Part shown: piece by piece, positions 42,311 through 52,956 of the stretch
Layout of the letters: every line of letters starts with the position of its first letter
How positions within the stretch are numbered: the stretch's first letter is position 1
Assembly (NCBI GenBank): GCA_036489975.1
Contig: DASXES010000053.1
Location: 21,506-85,505 of the forward strand
Direction of reading: 5' to 3'
Source of the DNA: Roseiarcus sp.
GTDB lineage: Bacteria; Pseudomonadota; Alphaproteobacteria; Rhizobiales; Beijerinckiaceae
DNA: 64,000 bases
Notes under the pieces: model-generated
What the model was told of the DNA's origin: nothing
Database searches by the model: none
What the model saw: the letters and a program-made list of their open reading frames with translations, nothing else
Position numbers and translations under genes: made by a program

Positions 42311-43128
42311 ATGGAGCTGGCCGAGGCGAGAGCCGAAGGCGCGGGTCATGATGCGGACCTCCAGGCCTCCGCTCTGCTGGCGGTTCAGGGGCTGACGATC
42401 CGGTTCGGCGGCGTGACCGCGCTTGACGACGTCTCCTTCGCGGTCGCGCGCGGCGCGATCTGCGGCTTGATCGGCCCGAACGGCGCTGGCAAGACGACGC
42501 TCTTCAATTGCATTTCGCGCCTCTACGATCCGCACGCCGGGTCGATCATATTCGACGGGCGTCCGCTTTTGAGCTGCACGAGACACGAGCTCGTTTCGCT
42601 CGGCGTTGCGAGGACGTTCCAGAACGTCGCTCTTTTTGCGACCATGACCGTGCGCGAGAACGTGTGCGTTGGCGCGCACGCGATGGGAAACGGCGGATTT
42701 CTGGCCAATGCGCTGAACCTTCCGCTCGCAAGGGGCGAGGAGAGAAGGATCGCCGAGCGCGCCGACGCGCTGATCGAGGAATTCGACCTCAAAAGCGTTG
42801 CGGACCGTCCGGCGGGCGCGCTGTCGTTCGGGGTTCGCAAACGGGTCGAGCTCGCGCGCGCGCTCGCCAACGCCCCTAAACTCTTGCTGCTGGATGAGCC
42901 GGCCGGGGGGCTCAATCATTCGGAAGTCGACGGTCTCGCCGACGAAATCCGCGCCATCCGCGACCGGCGCGGCGTCGCCGTGCTGCTGGTCGAGCATCAC
43001 ATGAATCTGGTCATGCGGGTGAGCGACCAGGTGGTCGCGCTCGACTTCGGCCGGGTGATCGCCGATGGCAGGCCCGACGAGGTTCGCGCCAATCGCGAGG
43101 TGGTGCGCGCTTATCTCGGGAGCGCCAA

Positions 43129-43132
<4 letters not shown>
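42311..43132 (+). CDS. livG: Branched-chain amino acid ABC ATP-binding protein (LivG-like; start uncertain, ORF open from 42230)
   Basis: GPNGAGKTT, RTFQN, LLDEPAGG and VEHHM motifs. Confidence 0.9.
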
Positions 43133-43845
<713 letters not shown>

Positions 43846-43862
43846 GGGAGCGCCTGGGAAGC

Positions 43863-44735
43863 GTGGGCGAGTTCCTGCATCAAGTGGCTTCCGGCCTCGC
43901 GCTCGGTGGGGTCTATGCGATCATGGCGCTGGCGCTGGTGATGATCTACCAGGCGACCCAGCTGATCAATTTCGCTCAAGGGGAAATGGCGATGTTCTCG
44001 ACCTATTTCGCCTGGAAGCTGATGGATTCCGGCTGGCCGTACTGGGGCGCTTTCGCGGTGACCATCGTCGCCTCGTTCATCGGCGGAGTCCTCATCGAGC
44101 GTCTGGTCGTGCGGCCTTTCGCCAACGCCCCAGTGCTCGCTTCGGTGATCGTGTTCATCGGGCTCGCCTTCATCTTCAATTCGCTCGCCGGCTGGCTCTA
44201 TGGCTATTCGGTGACCTCGTTCGACTCGCCGTTCACCGGGCGTCCGTGGTTCGGCGCAGGCTACATGTCGGCGCATGAGGCGGGCTCGATCGTTGTGACC
44301 TTGTGCGTGCTGGCGCTGGTTTACGCGTTCTTCCGCTTCACGCCGCTCGGCCTCGCCATGCGGGCGGCGGCGCAGAATCCGGTGTCAAGCCGGCTGGTCG
44401 GCATCCGGGTCGGGTGGATGCTGGCGATCGGCTGGGGGCTCGCGGCGGCGATCGGCTCGGTCGCCGGCATGATGGCGGCGCCGATCGTCTATCTCGATCC
44501 CAACATGATGGGCGGCGTTCTGCTCTACGCCTTCGCCGGGGCGGTGCTCGGCGGCGTCGACAGCCCGTTCGGCGCCGTCTTTGGCGGGATTGTGGTGGGC
44601 GTGCTCGGCAACCTCGTGGGCGCCTATGTGGTTGGCGACGAGGTCAAGCTCTCGGTCGCGCTCGCGATCATCATCGCCGTCCTGGTGTGGCGGCCCTCCG
44701 GCCTGTTCGGGCGCAAGCTCGTGGCGAGGGTGTGA
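43863..44735 (+). CDS. livH: Branched-chain amino acid ABC permease (LivH-like)
   Basis: INFAQGE and GLAMRAAAQN motifs, multiple TMs. Confidence 0.9.
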   Translation: MGEFLHQVASGLALGGVYAIMALALVMIYQATQLINFAQGEMAMFSTYFAWKLMDSGWPYWGAFAVTIVASFIGGVLIERLVVRPFANAPVLASVIVFIGLAFIFNSLAGWLYGYSVTSFDSPFTGRPWFGAGYMSAHEAGSIVVTLCVLALVYAFFRFTPLGLAMRAAAQNPVSSRLVGIRVGWMLAIGWGLAAAIGSVAGMMAAPIVYLDPNMMGGVLLYAFAGAVLGGVDSPFGAVFGGIVVGVLGNLVGAYVVGDEVKLSVALAIIIAVLVWRPSGLFGRKLVARV

Positions 44736-44737
44736 CG

Positions 44738-45787
44738 ATGGCCGAGCCCGGCCGCGCCCTCGGCGTCCTTGTCGCCATCGCAGTCGGAGTCTTCGCGCTC
44801 GCCTTCCCGTTCGCCGCGTCGGGCTACCATCTCTACCAGGGCGCGCAGGTGCTGATCCTGATGATCGCGCTCATCGGCCTCAACCTCCTGACGGGGTTCA
44901 ACGGTCAGATCTCGCTCGGGCACGGCGCGTTTTTCGCCATTGGCAGCTACGGCGCCGCGATCCTGATGGTGAAGGCCGGCCTGCCGTTCTGGGCGGCGAT
45001 CCCGCTCGCCAGCGTTGTTTGCTTCATCGCCGGCTTCCTGTTCGGCTTTCCTGCGCTGAGGTTCGGTGGGCTTTATCTCGCGCTCGCCACTTTCGCGCTC
45101 GCGGTCGCCACGCCGCAGATCCTCAGCTACAACGGGATTGATGCGCTCACCGGCGGCTCACAGGGCCTCACGATCGCCAAGCCCGCCCCCCCGGTCTGGA
45201 CTGGGCTCAACTCCGACCAGTGGCTTTATCTCGTCTGCCTCGCTTCAGCTGGCGCGCTCTACTGGGCGGCGCGCAACCTCGTGCGCGGGCGGGTCGGGCG
45301 CGCGCTCATCGCCATTCGCGATCAGCCGATCGCGGCCGAAACGATGGGAATCAATGCAGCGCTCTACAAGACCACCTGCTTCGGCGTCAGCGCGCTCTAT
45401 GCGGGCGTCGCGGGGGGGTTGAGCGCGATTGCTGTCGGCTTCGTTTCGCCGGAAAGCTTCGGGCTCGCCCTCTCGCTCGCCTTTCTCGTGGGCATCGTCG
45501 TTGGCGGCCTCGCTTCGCTGGGCGGCGCGCTGTTCGGCGCCTTGTTCATCGAGTTCGTGCCCAACATCGCCGACCAGCTCACGGTCAGTTTCGGCGAAGG
45601 CGCCAAGGCCCTGCCGGGCGCAATTTACGGTGTATTGTTGATTCTGGTTATGGCCGCGATGCCGACTGGAGTAGCGGGCGTGGCGCAGGCGGCGGCGCGA
45701 GCGCTCATGTCGTCTTGGCGGCCGAGCCATGAAAAAGGCGGCGTCAATGTCGCCGCAAATTGCCAAGGTAAGGGAGAAGCGCCATGA
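44738..45787 (+). CDS. livM: Branched-chain amino acid ABC permease (LivM-like)
   Basis: GQISLGHGAFFAIG and GRALIAIRD motifs. Start refined to ATG 44738. Confidence 0.9.
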   Translation: MAEPGRALGVLVAIAVGVFALAFPFAASGYHLYQGAQVLILMIALIGLNLLTGFNGQISLGHGAFFAIGSYGAAILMVKAGLPFWAAIPLASVVCFIAGFLFGFPALRFGGLYLALATFALAVATPQILSYNGIDALTGGSQGLTIAKPAPPVWTGLNSDQWLYLVCLASAGALYWAARNLVRGRVGRALIAIRDQPIAAETMGINAALYKTTCFGVSALYAGVAGGLSAIAVGFVSPESFGLALSLAFLVGIVVGGLASLGGALFGALFIEFVPNIADQLTVSFGEGAKALPGAIYGVLLILVMAAMPTGVAGVAQAAARALMSSWRPSHEKGGVNVAANCQGKGEAP

Positions 45788-46989
45788 TCAATCGACGGAC
45801 ATTTCTGCAATCGAGCGCCGCCGTCGCGGCGTTCGCCGCCAGCGCCGGTTCGGCGCGGGCCGAGACGCCCGGGATCACCGACACCGAGATCAAGATCGGG
45901 CAAACGATGCCCTATAGCGGGCCTGCCTCCGCTTATGGCGTGATCGGCCGCACCGAGAGCGCCTATTTCAAGATGATCAACGATCAGGGCGGAATCAACG
46001 GCCGCAAGATCAACCTCATCAGCCTCGATGACGCCTACAGCCCGCCGAAGACGGTCGAGCAGGTGCGGCGCCTGGTCGAAGACGAGAAGGTGGCGTTCCT
46101 GTTCCAGACGCTTGGCACGCCTTCGAATCTTGCCATCCGGCCCTATTGCAACGCCAACAAGGTGCCGCAGCTGTTCGTGGCGACCGGCGCCAGCGTGTTC
46201 TCGGATCCTGAGCATTTCCATTGGACTATCGGCTTCAATCCGAGCTACCAGACGGAAGCTCGCATCTACGGCAAGCACATTCTGGCGACCAAGCCGAACG
46301 GCAAGATCGGCGTCCTCTACCAGAACGACGGTTTCGGCAAGGAGTACTTGACCGGCTTGAAGGACGGTCTCGGCGCGGATCACGCCGGCATGATCGTGAA
46401 GGAGGCTTCCTACGAGACCTCCGAACCAACGATCGATTCGCAGGTGGTGACGTTGCAGGGCTCAGGCGCCGACATTTTGCTCATCGCCGCAACGCCAAAG
46501 TTCGCCGCGCAGGCGATCCGTAAGTCCTACGATCTCGGCTGGAAGGGGGTGCGGTACGTCACCAACGTCTCGGTCTCGGTCACCACCATCCTCAAACCCG
46601 CCGGCCTCGAGAAGTCGAAAGGTCTGATCACCGCCTATTACGGCAAGGACCCGACCGACGCGCGCTGGAAGGACGATGCCGGCATGAAGGAATGGGCGGC
46701 CTTCGTCGGCAAATATATGTCGTCGAAGGAACTTAGCGACGCCAACGCGTCCTACGCCTTCGGGGCGGCGCAGACGATGATTCAGGTGCTCAAGCAGTGC
46801 GGAAGCGATCTCTCGCGCGATAACGTGATGAAACAGGCCGCCAACCTCAAGGATCTCGAGCTTCCCCTTTTGCTGCCCGGAATGAAGATCAACACCTCCC
46901 CGACCAATTACAGCCCGATCCGCCAGATGCAGCTCGCGAGCTTCGACGGCCAAAGCTGGCAGCTGTTTGGGGAGCTGCTGATGGGATGA
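45784..46989 (+). CDS. ABC substrate-binding protein (Liv-type) with a Tat signal
   Basis: NRRTFLQ twin-arginine signal; IKIGQTMPYSGPASAY; DDAYSPPKT. Confidence 0.92.
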   Translation: MINRRTFLQSSAAVAAFAASAGSARAETPGITDTEIKIGQTMPYSGPASAYGVIGRTESAYFKMINDQGGINGRKINLISLDDAYSPPKTVEQVRRLVEDEKVAFLFQTLGTPSNLAIRPYCNANKVPQLFVATGASVFSDPEHFHWTIGFNPSYQTEARIYGKHILATKPNGKIGVLYQNDGFGKEYLTGLKDGLGADHAGMIVKEASYETSEPTIDSQVVTLQGSGADILLIAATPKFAAQAIRKSYDLGWKGVRYVTNVSVSVTTILKPAGLEKSKGLITAYYGKDPTDARWKDDAGMKEWAAFVGKYMSSKELSDANASYAFGAAQTMIQVLKQCGSDLSRDNVMKQAANLKDLELPLLLPGMKINTSPTNYSPIRQMQLASFDGQSWQLFGELLMG

Positions 46990-47036
46990 TCGCATTGGGC
47001 CGCGCATTCCTCCGCGCGCGGCCTGAAGCTTTTGCT

Positions 47037-47435
47037 TCACCAAATTCGGGCGAGGACAGCGTCGAACACCGCATCGGCCGATACGATCGCGATCCCGCGG
47101 CGAATTGCCGATGCGGCGAGCAGGCGATCGAATGGGTCCCGATGTGACCATTCCATCGCGCCAGCCATGAGACTATCCGCGGCCTCGAGCGCGGTTGCGA
47201 TGCCGCGCTGTCCTTCAAGGAGATCGGAAAGGCGGTCGACATACGGCCCCATTTCCGGCCATTTGCCGAGTCGGACTTTCTGGGCGATCTCGAAAAACGA
47301 GATGGCGCTTACGAGAATTGTCTGGGCCTTAGTCAGTTCGCCAAGCGCGCGATCTGTGATCCGGCGATCCTTTGTCAGCGACCAGGCCCAGACGTGGGTG
47401 TCGAGCAGGAGGGTCGTCAGCGCAGACCCTCCCAA
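47037..47435 (-). CDS. vapC: VapC-family PIN-domain toxin
   Basis: LLLDTH, SAISFFEI..K..LGK and HRDPFDRLL motifs. Start may be CTG 47420 or TTG 47435. Confidence 0.9.
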   Translation of the reverse strand: MGGSALTTLLLDTHVWAWSLTKDRRITDRALGELTKAQTILVSAISFFEIAQKVRLGKWPEMGPYVDRLSDLLEGQRGIATALEAADSLMAGAMEWSHRDPFDRLLAASAIRRGIAIVSADAVFDAVLARIW

Positions 47436-47653
47436 GCGGCGAGTTCGTCTTCGTCCATTGGCGCGAGAAAGTCAGGTCCGTCTCCCAAGGCGCCCGCTGC
47501 GAGAACGCCGAGCTTGAATTGTCCCTGAGGAATGGCGACGAGGCGAACCACGGGCTTGTCGCCCTTTGCGATCACCACCTCTTCCCCAGCAAGCGCCGCC
47601 TCGATAAGCTTGGAAAGCTGCGTCTTTGCGACGTGAATCGTTACTGTTCGCAT
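47417..47653 (-). CDS. Phd/YefM-family antitoxin
   Basis: VTIHVAKTQLSKLIE..GEEVVIAKGDKPVVRLV; directly upstream of the PIN toxin. Confidence 0.92.
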   Translation of the reverse strand: MRTVTIHVAKTQLSKLIEAALAGEEVVIAKGDKPVVRLVAIPQGQFKLGVLAAGALGDGPDFLAPMDEDELAAWEGLR

Positions 47654-47667
47654 GCCTCGCCCAAAAC

Positions 47668-47705
47668 ACTAGATTAGCTAATTTAGCTAACCCGGCTAAT
47701 CTAGT
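47668..47705. promoter_or_regulatory. TA autoregulatory operator candidate
   Basis: Perfect 11-bp IR actagattagc / gctaatctagt, with internal palindromes attagctaat and ttagctaa, just upstream of the antitoxin. Confidence 0.75.
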
Positions 47706-47728
47706 CGGCGCCCGCTGTCAAGCGTCGC

Positions 47729-49210
47729 TCACGCCCATTGCTTGAGCAGAGCGAAGCGGTCTGGTTTCTTGGCGCGATGGCGGTCCATGCGGCTGAGGGC
47801 GTCGCGCAGGAAAGCGACGCCTTCGGCGAGATACGGCCCCTTGTTGAGCATCACGCATTCGGCGGCTCGCGCCATCGCCGTGTCGCTCATCTCGGCGCGG
47901 CTCGCCACGCCGTCGCGCACGAAATTGTCGAGCACCTGCGTCGCCCATATCACTGGCGTGTGCGCCGCCTCGCACAGCCACAAGATTTCTTCCTGCATTT
48001 CGGCGAGCCTGGCGAAGCCGAACTCGGCCGCGAGGTCACCGCGCACGAACATCACCGCGGTCGGATTGTGCGCAGCCGATTGAAGGACGAGGGAGGGTAG
48101 ATTGCGCATTGCGAGCGGCGTCTCGATCTTGAGCACGAGCCCCGGCGGCTCGCGCTTGGGTGCGCGCGCCACCAGATGGTCCTGCAACAGTTCAATGTCG
48201 TCGACCCGCTGCACGAACGAATAGCCGATCAGGTCGGCGTGCCCGGCGATGAAGTCGAGATCGCGGAAGTCCTTCGAGGTCAGCGGCGGCAGATCGAGTT
48301 CGGTCGAGGGAAAACTGACGCTCCTGCCGGGCTTCAGCCGCACGCCCTTCTCGCGCGCCGCGTAGACTTCAAGCTCGGCCCGGCCAATCGATTTGGAGAC
48401 AACCCGGGCCGCCGCCCTCCCGTCGTCGATGAAGACGTCGGCGCCGACGGCGAGCTGGTCAACGAGTTCGGGAAAGTTGAGCGAGAACGCGATCGGCTCC
48501 CTGGTCTTTTCGCGCAGTTCGTCGATCAGGACGATCCGGTCGCCGCGCAGGAGGCGCGTTTTCGGCGGCGCCTTCAGTCTGAGGATGCGGCACTTCGGGC
48601 CGGCGATGTCCATCATGACCCGACAGGGGCGCTCGCGTCGCGCCGCGGCCCCGCGCACGTTGTCGATCATTCGTCCCCACATTTCGGAATCGTCGTGGGC
48701 GCAATTGATGCGCGCGCAATCCATGCCGGCTGCGATCAGTTTGTCGACGAATTCCGGCTCCGCCGCTTCGGTTGGCAGGGTCGCCATCACCCGGGCGCGC
48801 GGGCCGCCCCTCTGGCGCTTGCCGAACAGCCGGTCGGCCTCCGTCTCCAGCTCCGCCGCGTCCGTCCTCGCCAGCGTCGGCGCGGGATAGGGCGCGTTGG
48901 GTTCGCCGGTCAGGCGCTTAAGCGTCGCAATAAGCGCATCGAGCGCCTGCGCGACATGGTTCTCGCTGCGGCCGAGTGAAGAGAGGCCCCGCGCCGCGAG
49001 CCGGCGCTGCAAGTCGGCGAGGTCATGCTCGCGCAGCGCGACATAGAGGGAAATATTGAGAACCTGGGGCGTGGACTTCGAGTTGCCCCCATCGACGCCC
49101 CACGCGATCCTGAGTTCCGCGGCCTCGTCCCCGACAGCCTTGCGCAGCGCCTTCACCTCAGCGAGAAGGGCGCGGAGTTCTTCGAGGTCGCTTCCGGGTT
49201 TTCCAGCCAT
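47729..49210 (-). CDS. pyk: Pyruvate kinase, divergent long-N-terminus type
   Basis: RVMATLP, GMDCARINCAHD, MDIAGPK, LKIET, RGDL, WATQVL and ECVMLNKG motifs. Confidence 0.8.
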   Translation of the reverse strand: MAGKPGSDLEELRALLAEVKALRKAVGDEAAELRIAWGVDGGNSKSTPQVLNISLYVALREHDLADLQRRLAARGLSSLGRSENHVAQALDALIATLKRLTGEPNAPYPAPTLARTDAAELETEADRLFGKRQRGGPRARVMATLPTEAAEPEFVDKLIAAGMDCARINCAHDDSEMWGRMIDNVRGAAARRERPCRVMMDIAGPKCRILRLKAPPKTRLLRGDRIVLIDELREKTREPIAFSLNFPELVDQLAVGADVFIDDGRAAARVVSKSIGRAELEVYAAREKGVRLKPGRSVSFPSTELDLPPLTSKDFRDLDFIAGHADLIGYSFVQRVDDIELLQDHLVARAPKREPPGLVLKIETPLAMRNLPSLVLQSAAHNPTAVMFVRGDLAAEFGFARLAEMQEEILWLCEAAHTPVIWATQVLDNFVRDGVASRAEMSDTAMARAAECVMLNKGPYLAEGVAFLRDALSRMDRHRAKKPDRFALLKQWA

Positions 49211-49378
49211 GGGCGCCGCTTCGCGTGAGCGAATCGTCGGCGGGATCACGCATTTCCCTGCCGGACCGGTCTTTGACGCGCAAATATGACGCCTGTGCAA
49301 CAGGGGTGGAACGTTGCGTCAGCGAGAAGCGATTATAGAAGAGGAATTCGATCAAGCGGCGCGTACGGGGAAATCGTG

Positions 49379-50287
49379 ATGACGATCCAGTTTCACGGCA
49401 GAGTGGCCATTGTTACCGGCGCCGGATCCGGTCTCGGACGCTCCCATGCTCTTGGGCTCGCGGCGCGTGGCGCGAAGGTCGTCGCCAACGACCTCGGCCG
49501 AAACGGCGTCCCCTCGGAGAATGCCCTGAAGGTCGTGGAGGAAATTCGCGCAGGCGGCGGGACAGCGATCGCCGACCCGGCCGACGTCGCCAATTTCGAG
49601 CAGGTCTCCGCGATGGCGGCGCGCGCCGAAAAAGACTGGGGCCGCGTCGACATCCTCGTCAACAACGCCGGCGTGCTGCGCGACAAGACCTTCGCCAAAA
49701 TGGAGATGGCGGATTTCGAGTTCGTCCTTCGCGTGCATCTGATCGGCTCGGCCAATTGCGCGAAGGCCGTATGGGTTGGGATGCGGGAACGCAATTACGG
49801 ACGCATCGTGCTCACATCGTCGGCGTCCGGCATCTACGGCAATTTCGGCCAGGCGAATTATGGGGCCGCAAAGGCCGGCATGATTGGGCTCATGAACGTG
49901 CTGAATCTTGAAGGCGTGAAGAACGACATCCGCGTCAACGTGCTCGCGCCGACGGCGCGCACCGGCATGACCGAGGGCCTGCTCACGCCGGTCGCTGCTG
50001 AGTTGATGACGCCCGAATCGGTGACGCCGGGCGTGCTCTTTCTTGTGAGCGAAAACGCGCCCTCGCGCGTCATCTTAGGCGCGGGCGCCGGTGTCTTCGC
50101 GGTGACGCATATCGGCGAGACGCCGGGCGTCTATCTCGACGAGAGCGAGCGCACGCCGGAGACGATCGCGGCGCGCTTCGCGGAGATTTCCGATTCGGCA
50201 ACCGCAGCGCCGCTCAAGGACGCCTTCTCGCAGACCATGAAGTTCGTTACGACCGCGGCCAAGGCGAAGGGACTGAAGCTTGAGTGA
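49379..50287 (+). CDS. SDR oxidoreductase (MFE-2 / 3-hydroxyacyl-CoA dehydrogenase-like)
   Basis: VTGAGSGLG, NNAGVLRDK and NFGQANYGAAK motifs. Confidence 0.92.
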   Translation: MTIQFHGRVAIVTGAGSGLGRSHALGLAARGAKVVANDLGRNGVPSENALKVVEEIRAGGGTAIADPADVANFEQVSAMAARAEKDWGRVDILVNNAGVLRDKTFAKMEMADFEFVLRVHLIGSANCAKAVWVGMRERNYGRIVLTSSASGIYGNFGQANYGAAKAGMIGLMNVLNLEGVKNDIRVNVLAPTARTGMTEGLLTPVAAELMTPESVTPGVLFLVSENAPSRVILGAGAGVFAVTHIGETPGVYLDESERTPETIAARFAEISDSATAAPLKDAFSQTMKFVTTAAKAKGLKLE

Positions 50288-50507
50288 CGATGAGGCGGCT
50301 GATCGCTGAGCGCCGCTATCAATTATGATGCCTCCAAACGCGATAGCTCCGCAAGGTCATCCATCCACTTGCGATTCGATGACGTAGGTCCCACAGTCAA
50401 CGTCAGCAAATATGAGTTCGCGTTGCTGCGCGTATCAAGGAGCAGCAACTCTCCCGCGTAGCGTCTTATCAGGCTGAATACGCAGCGATCTGAGTTGGCT
50501 GAATTGG

Positions 50508-51791
50508 ATGTTAAAGCGAAGAACGAACTTGTTAATTCTTGGTTCTGGCGCGCGGGAGCACGCGTTGGCTCGCGCGTGCGCTAAATCCCCTTTAGCCGGC
50601 AATCTTTTCGTAGCTCCAGGCAACCCCGGTTGCACTGCTGTGGCCCGGACTGTGCCGTTGAGTCTGGACAAGCATGCAGACGTGATCGCCTTTTGTCAGA
50701 GGGAAGACATTGATCTGGTGGTGGTTGGGCCCGAAGCACCCCTGGTGGCGGGATTAGCCGATGACCTGTTAGGCGCTGGCATATCGTGCTTCGGGCCAAC
50801 GAGAGATGCGGCTCGGCTCGAAGGATCGAAGGGGTACGCCAAGGACTTCTGCCGGGAGTTTGGCATACCGACAGCCGACTATCGGCGCTTCCAACATCCC
50901 GATGAGGCGAAGCGCTATATCCGCAGTCGTGGCGCGCCGATTGTCGTCAAAGTTGACGGGCTGGCCTCGGGCAAAGGGGTCGTCGTTGCGAATACGGTTG
51001 ACGAAGCCGAGGCCGCAATCGAGGCCGCGTTCGAATCTCCGGGAGCCGAAGTCGTCGTTGAGGAGTTCCTCGAAGGTGAGGAAGTTTCTTTCTTCGCGTT
51101 GTGTGATGGCGCAGTCGGGATCCCGTTTGACAGCGCCCAGGATTATAAGCGCGTCCACGAAGGCGATAACGGTCCCAATACGGGTGGGATGGGCGCCTAT
51201 TCCCCGCCGAGCATTATGACACCGGAACTGGGTCAGCGCGTAATGCGTGAAATTGTGGAACCGACATTGCGAGGAATGTCTGAACGAGGCTCGCCGTTTC
51301 GAGGGGTGTTGTTTGTAGGTTTGATGATCGGCGAGTTTGGGCCAAAAGTGATCGAATTTAATGTTCGATTTGGGGATCCTGAAGCGGAGGTTATCCTGCC
51401 GCGCTTAAGGGACGACCTGCTGTCTCTGTTAGTCGCCTGTGCGAGCGGCGCTCTGCGCGGCGGGCCGCCGAGGTTTTGCTCCGATGCCGCGCTCGCGGTC
51501 GTGATGGCGGCGCAAGGCTATCCAGCCGAGCCGCTACGCGGATCCGAGATCAAAGGACTCGACGAAGCCGGGGCGCTGCCAAGAATTGCCGTTCTTCACG
51601 GAGGCACGCGTGAAATCAATGGCGCAATCTACTCGGACGGGGGACGAGTCCTCACAATTACCGCGCTCGGCGATGATGTTGCTGACGCACGGAAACGAGC
51701 CTATGCGGCAATCGAGCGGATAAAATGGCCGGAAGGATTTTTCCGACGCGACATTGGTTGGCGTGCGACAGCTCGGGATGGCAAAAAGTAG
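50508..51791 (+). CDS. purD: Phosphoribosylamine-glycine ligase (compositionally atypical copy)
   Basis: LGSGAREHAL, VGPEAPLVAG, LEGSKGYAK, GPNTGGMGAY, EFNVRFGDPE, GGRVL and FRRDIG motifs. Confidence 0.92.
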   Translation: MLKRRTNLLILGSGAREHALARACAKSPLAGNLFVAPGNPGCTAVARTVPLSLDKHADVIAFCQREDIDLVVVGPEAPLVAGLADDLLGAGISCFGPTRDAARLEGSKGYAKDFCREFGIPTADYRRFQHPDEAKRYIRSRGAPIVVKVDGLASGKGVVVANTVDEAEAAIEAAFESPGAEVVVEEFLEGEEVSFFALCDGAVGIPFDSAQDYKRVHEGDNGPNTGGMGAYSPPSIMTPELGQRVMREIVEPTLRGMSERGSPFRGVLFVGLMIGEFGPKVIEFNVRFGDPEAEVILPRLRDDLLSLLVACASGALRGGPPRFCSDAALAVVMAAQGYPAEPLRGSEIKGLDEAGALPRIAVLHGGTREINGAIYSDGGRVLTITALGDDVADARKRAYAAIERIKWPEGFFRRDIGWRATARDGKK

Positions 51792-51797
51792 GCGCTG

Positions 51798-51963
51798 CGG
51801 ACAGGAGTTGGGCCCGAACAGCAGATATTCTTTGGCAGGCTGCTGAAGAAGTGGCACGGAAGGGCTCTGGTGTTTGCCTTTGGGGCGTGATTCGCTGGCG
51901 TCGGCGAGGCGAATCGCGGGCGATGCGGGGCTGACCAACGCGGCGCTGGCTGAGCTCGATGGC
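51798..51963 (+). mobile_element. Possible degenerate IS66 tnpB remnant
   Basis: With frameshifts it reads ADR..ILW..GSGVCLW..AMRLTNAALAELDG, echoing TnpB ADR.KILW..GL.L..MRL..AQLAALFEG as recalled from memory. Confidence 0.3.
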
Positions 51964-51967
51964 CGGG

Positions 51968-52726
51968 TCAGTCAGCCGTTCCGCCGGGACGGTCAAAAGC
52001 CGCCAGCGCGGCCAGGATCAGCGCCGGCGCCGACAGCACGAGCGCGCCGAACCGCGGCGTCGCGGCGCCCGACAGAAGCGCGCCCCCGAGGAATCCGGCC
52101 CAGATGCGCGCCAGCATCATGGCCCGGCGCAGATGGGTGTCCCACGGCCCCTCAGCGTCGCCGAGAGGCGCGCGCCGGGCGGCAAACGCCAGATGCGATC
52201 CGACGCGGCTCAGCGTTCCGGTCACGAAGGTGAGGCTCACAGACTGCGCGCCGACGCGCGAGAAGGCGCTGTTCATCACCCCCATCACGAAGCTTATCGC
52301 TGCGATCGCGCCGCCTCCGGACAGCAAATGAGGTTCCGTGAAGCCGATGATCGCGGCGAGCCCGGCTGCGACCACGCCGAACACGGCCCGCCGCGCGTAG
52401 CCGCCCGCGGACTGCACGAGTAGGGTCCCGGCGAACGAACCGATGACAAAGGAGACGATCGCGAGGCCCGAGAGCGTGGCGACGCCGAACAGGCCCTCCG
52501 CGGTCTGGTAGCCGGTCTGCGTGGTGTTCCCGCTCATGAACGACACGAAGACGCCATAGGTGATCATGCCATAGGCGTCGATGAAGCCGGCGATGAGCGC
52601 CAGAGCGATGGCCAAGAGCTCTGCGTTTCGAGCGTTGGCGCGCGGCGAATGCGCGCTGTCATCGAGGGCTCCAGATTCGGCGATCGAAGAGCCTCCCGGC
52701 GCCCGCTTTGTCAGTTCATCGGCCAT
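51968..52726 (-). CDS. YoaK/DUF1275 family membrane protein
   Basis: AGFIDAYG, FVSFMSGNTT and TFVTGTL motifs. Start refined to ATG 52726. Confidence 0.9.
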   Translation of the reverse strand: MADELTKRAPGGSSIAESGALDDSAHSPRANARNAELLAIALALIAGFIDAYGMITYGVFVSFMSGNTTQTGYQTAEGLFGVATLSGLAIVSFVIGSFAGTLLVQSAGGYARRAVFGVVAAGLAAIIGFTEPHLLSGGGAIAAISFVMGVMNSAFSRVGAQSVSLTFVTGTLSRVGSHLAFAARRAPLGDAEGPWDTHLRRAMMLARIWAGFLGGALLSGAATPRFGALVLSAPALILAALAAFDRPGGTAD

Positions 52727-52956
52727 GACCGCACTTCGAGCTTGTTCCGTGAGATCCCGCAAATCCGGGCGCATCATAGCCGACCCCGCAGGACGCTTCG
52801 ATGAGACGGCGCCGGGGCAGAGCCGTCCATGAAGCCGACCGTGCTCCGTCCCTCGAGCCCTTACGCCTCGGGGGCTCGGCTTGACCCGGCGGGCGTTCGC
52901 GCCGCAAGCTCTAAGGCTGCCCGGCCATGAGAAGCGGGGCGGCGAGGGAGGGTCCA

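Noticed and set aside
45784-45860. Tat signal on an ABC substrate-binding protein as a novelty
   Set aside because: This is common for Liv-type binding proteins in Rhizobiales.
49306-49332. EcfG-type promoter (GGAAC-N17-CGAT) before the SDR gene
   Set aside because: The -10 element mismatches CGTT, and such near-matches are frequent by chance.
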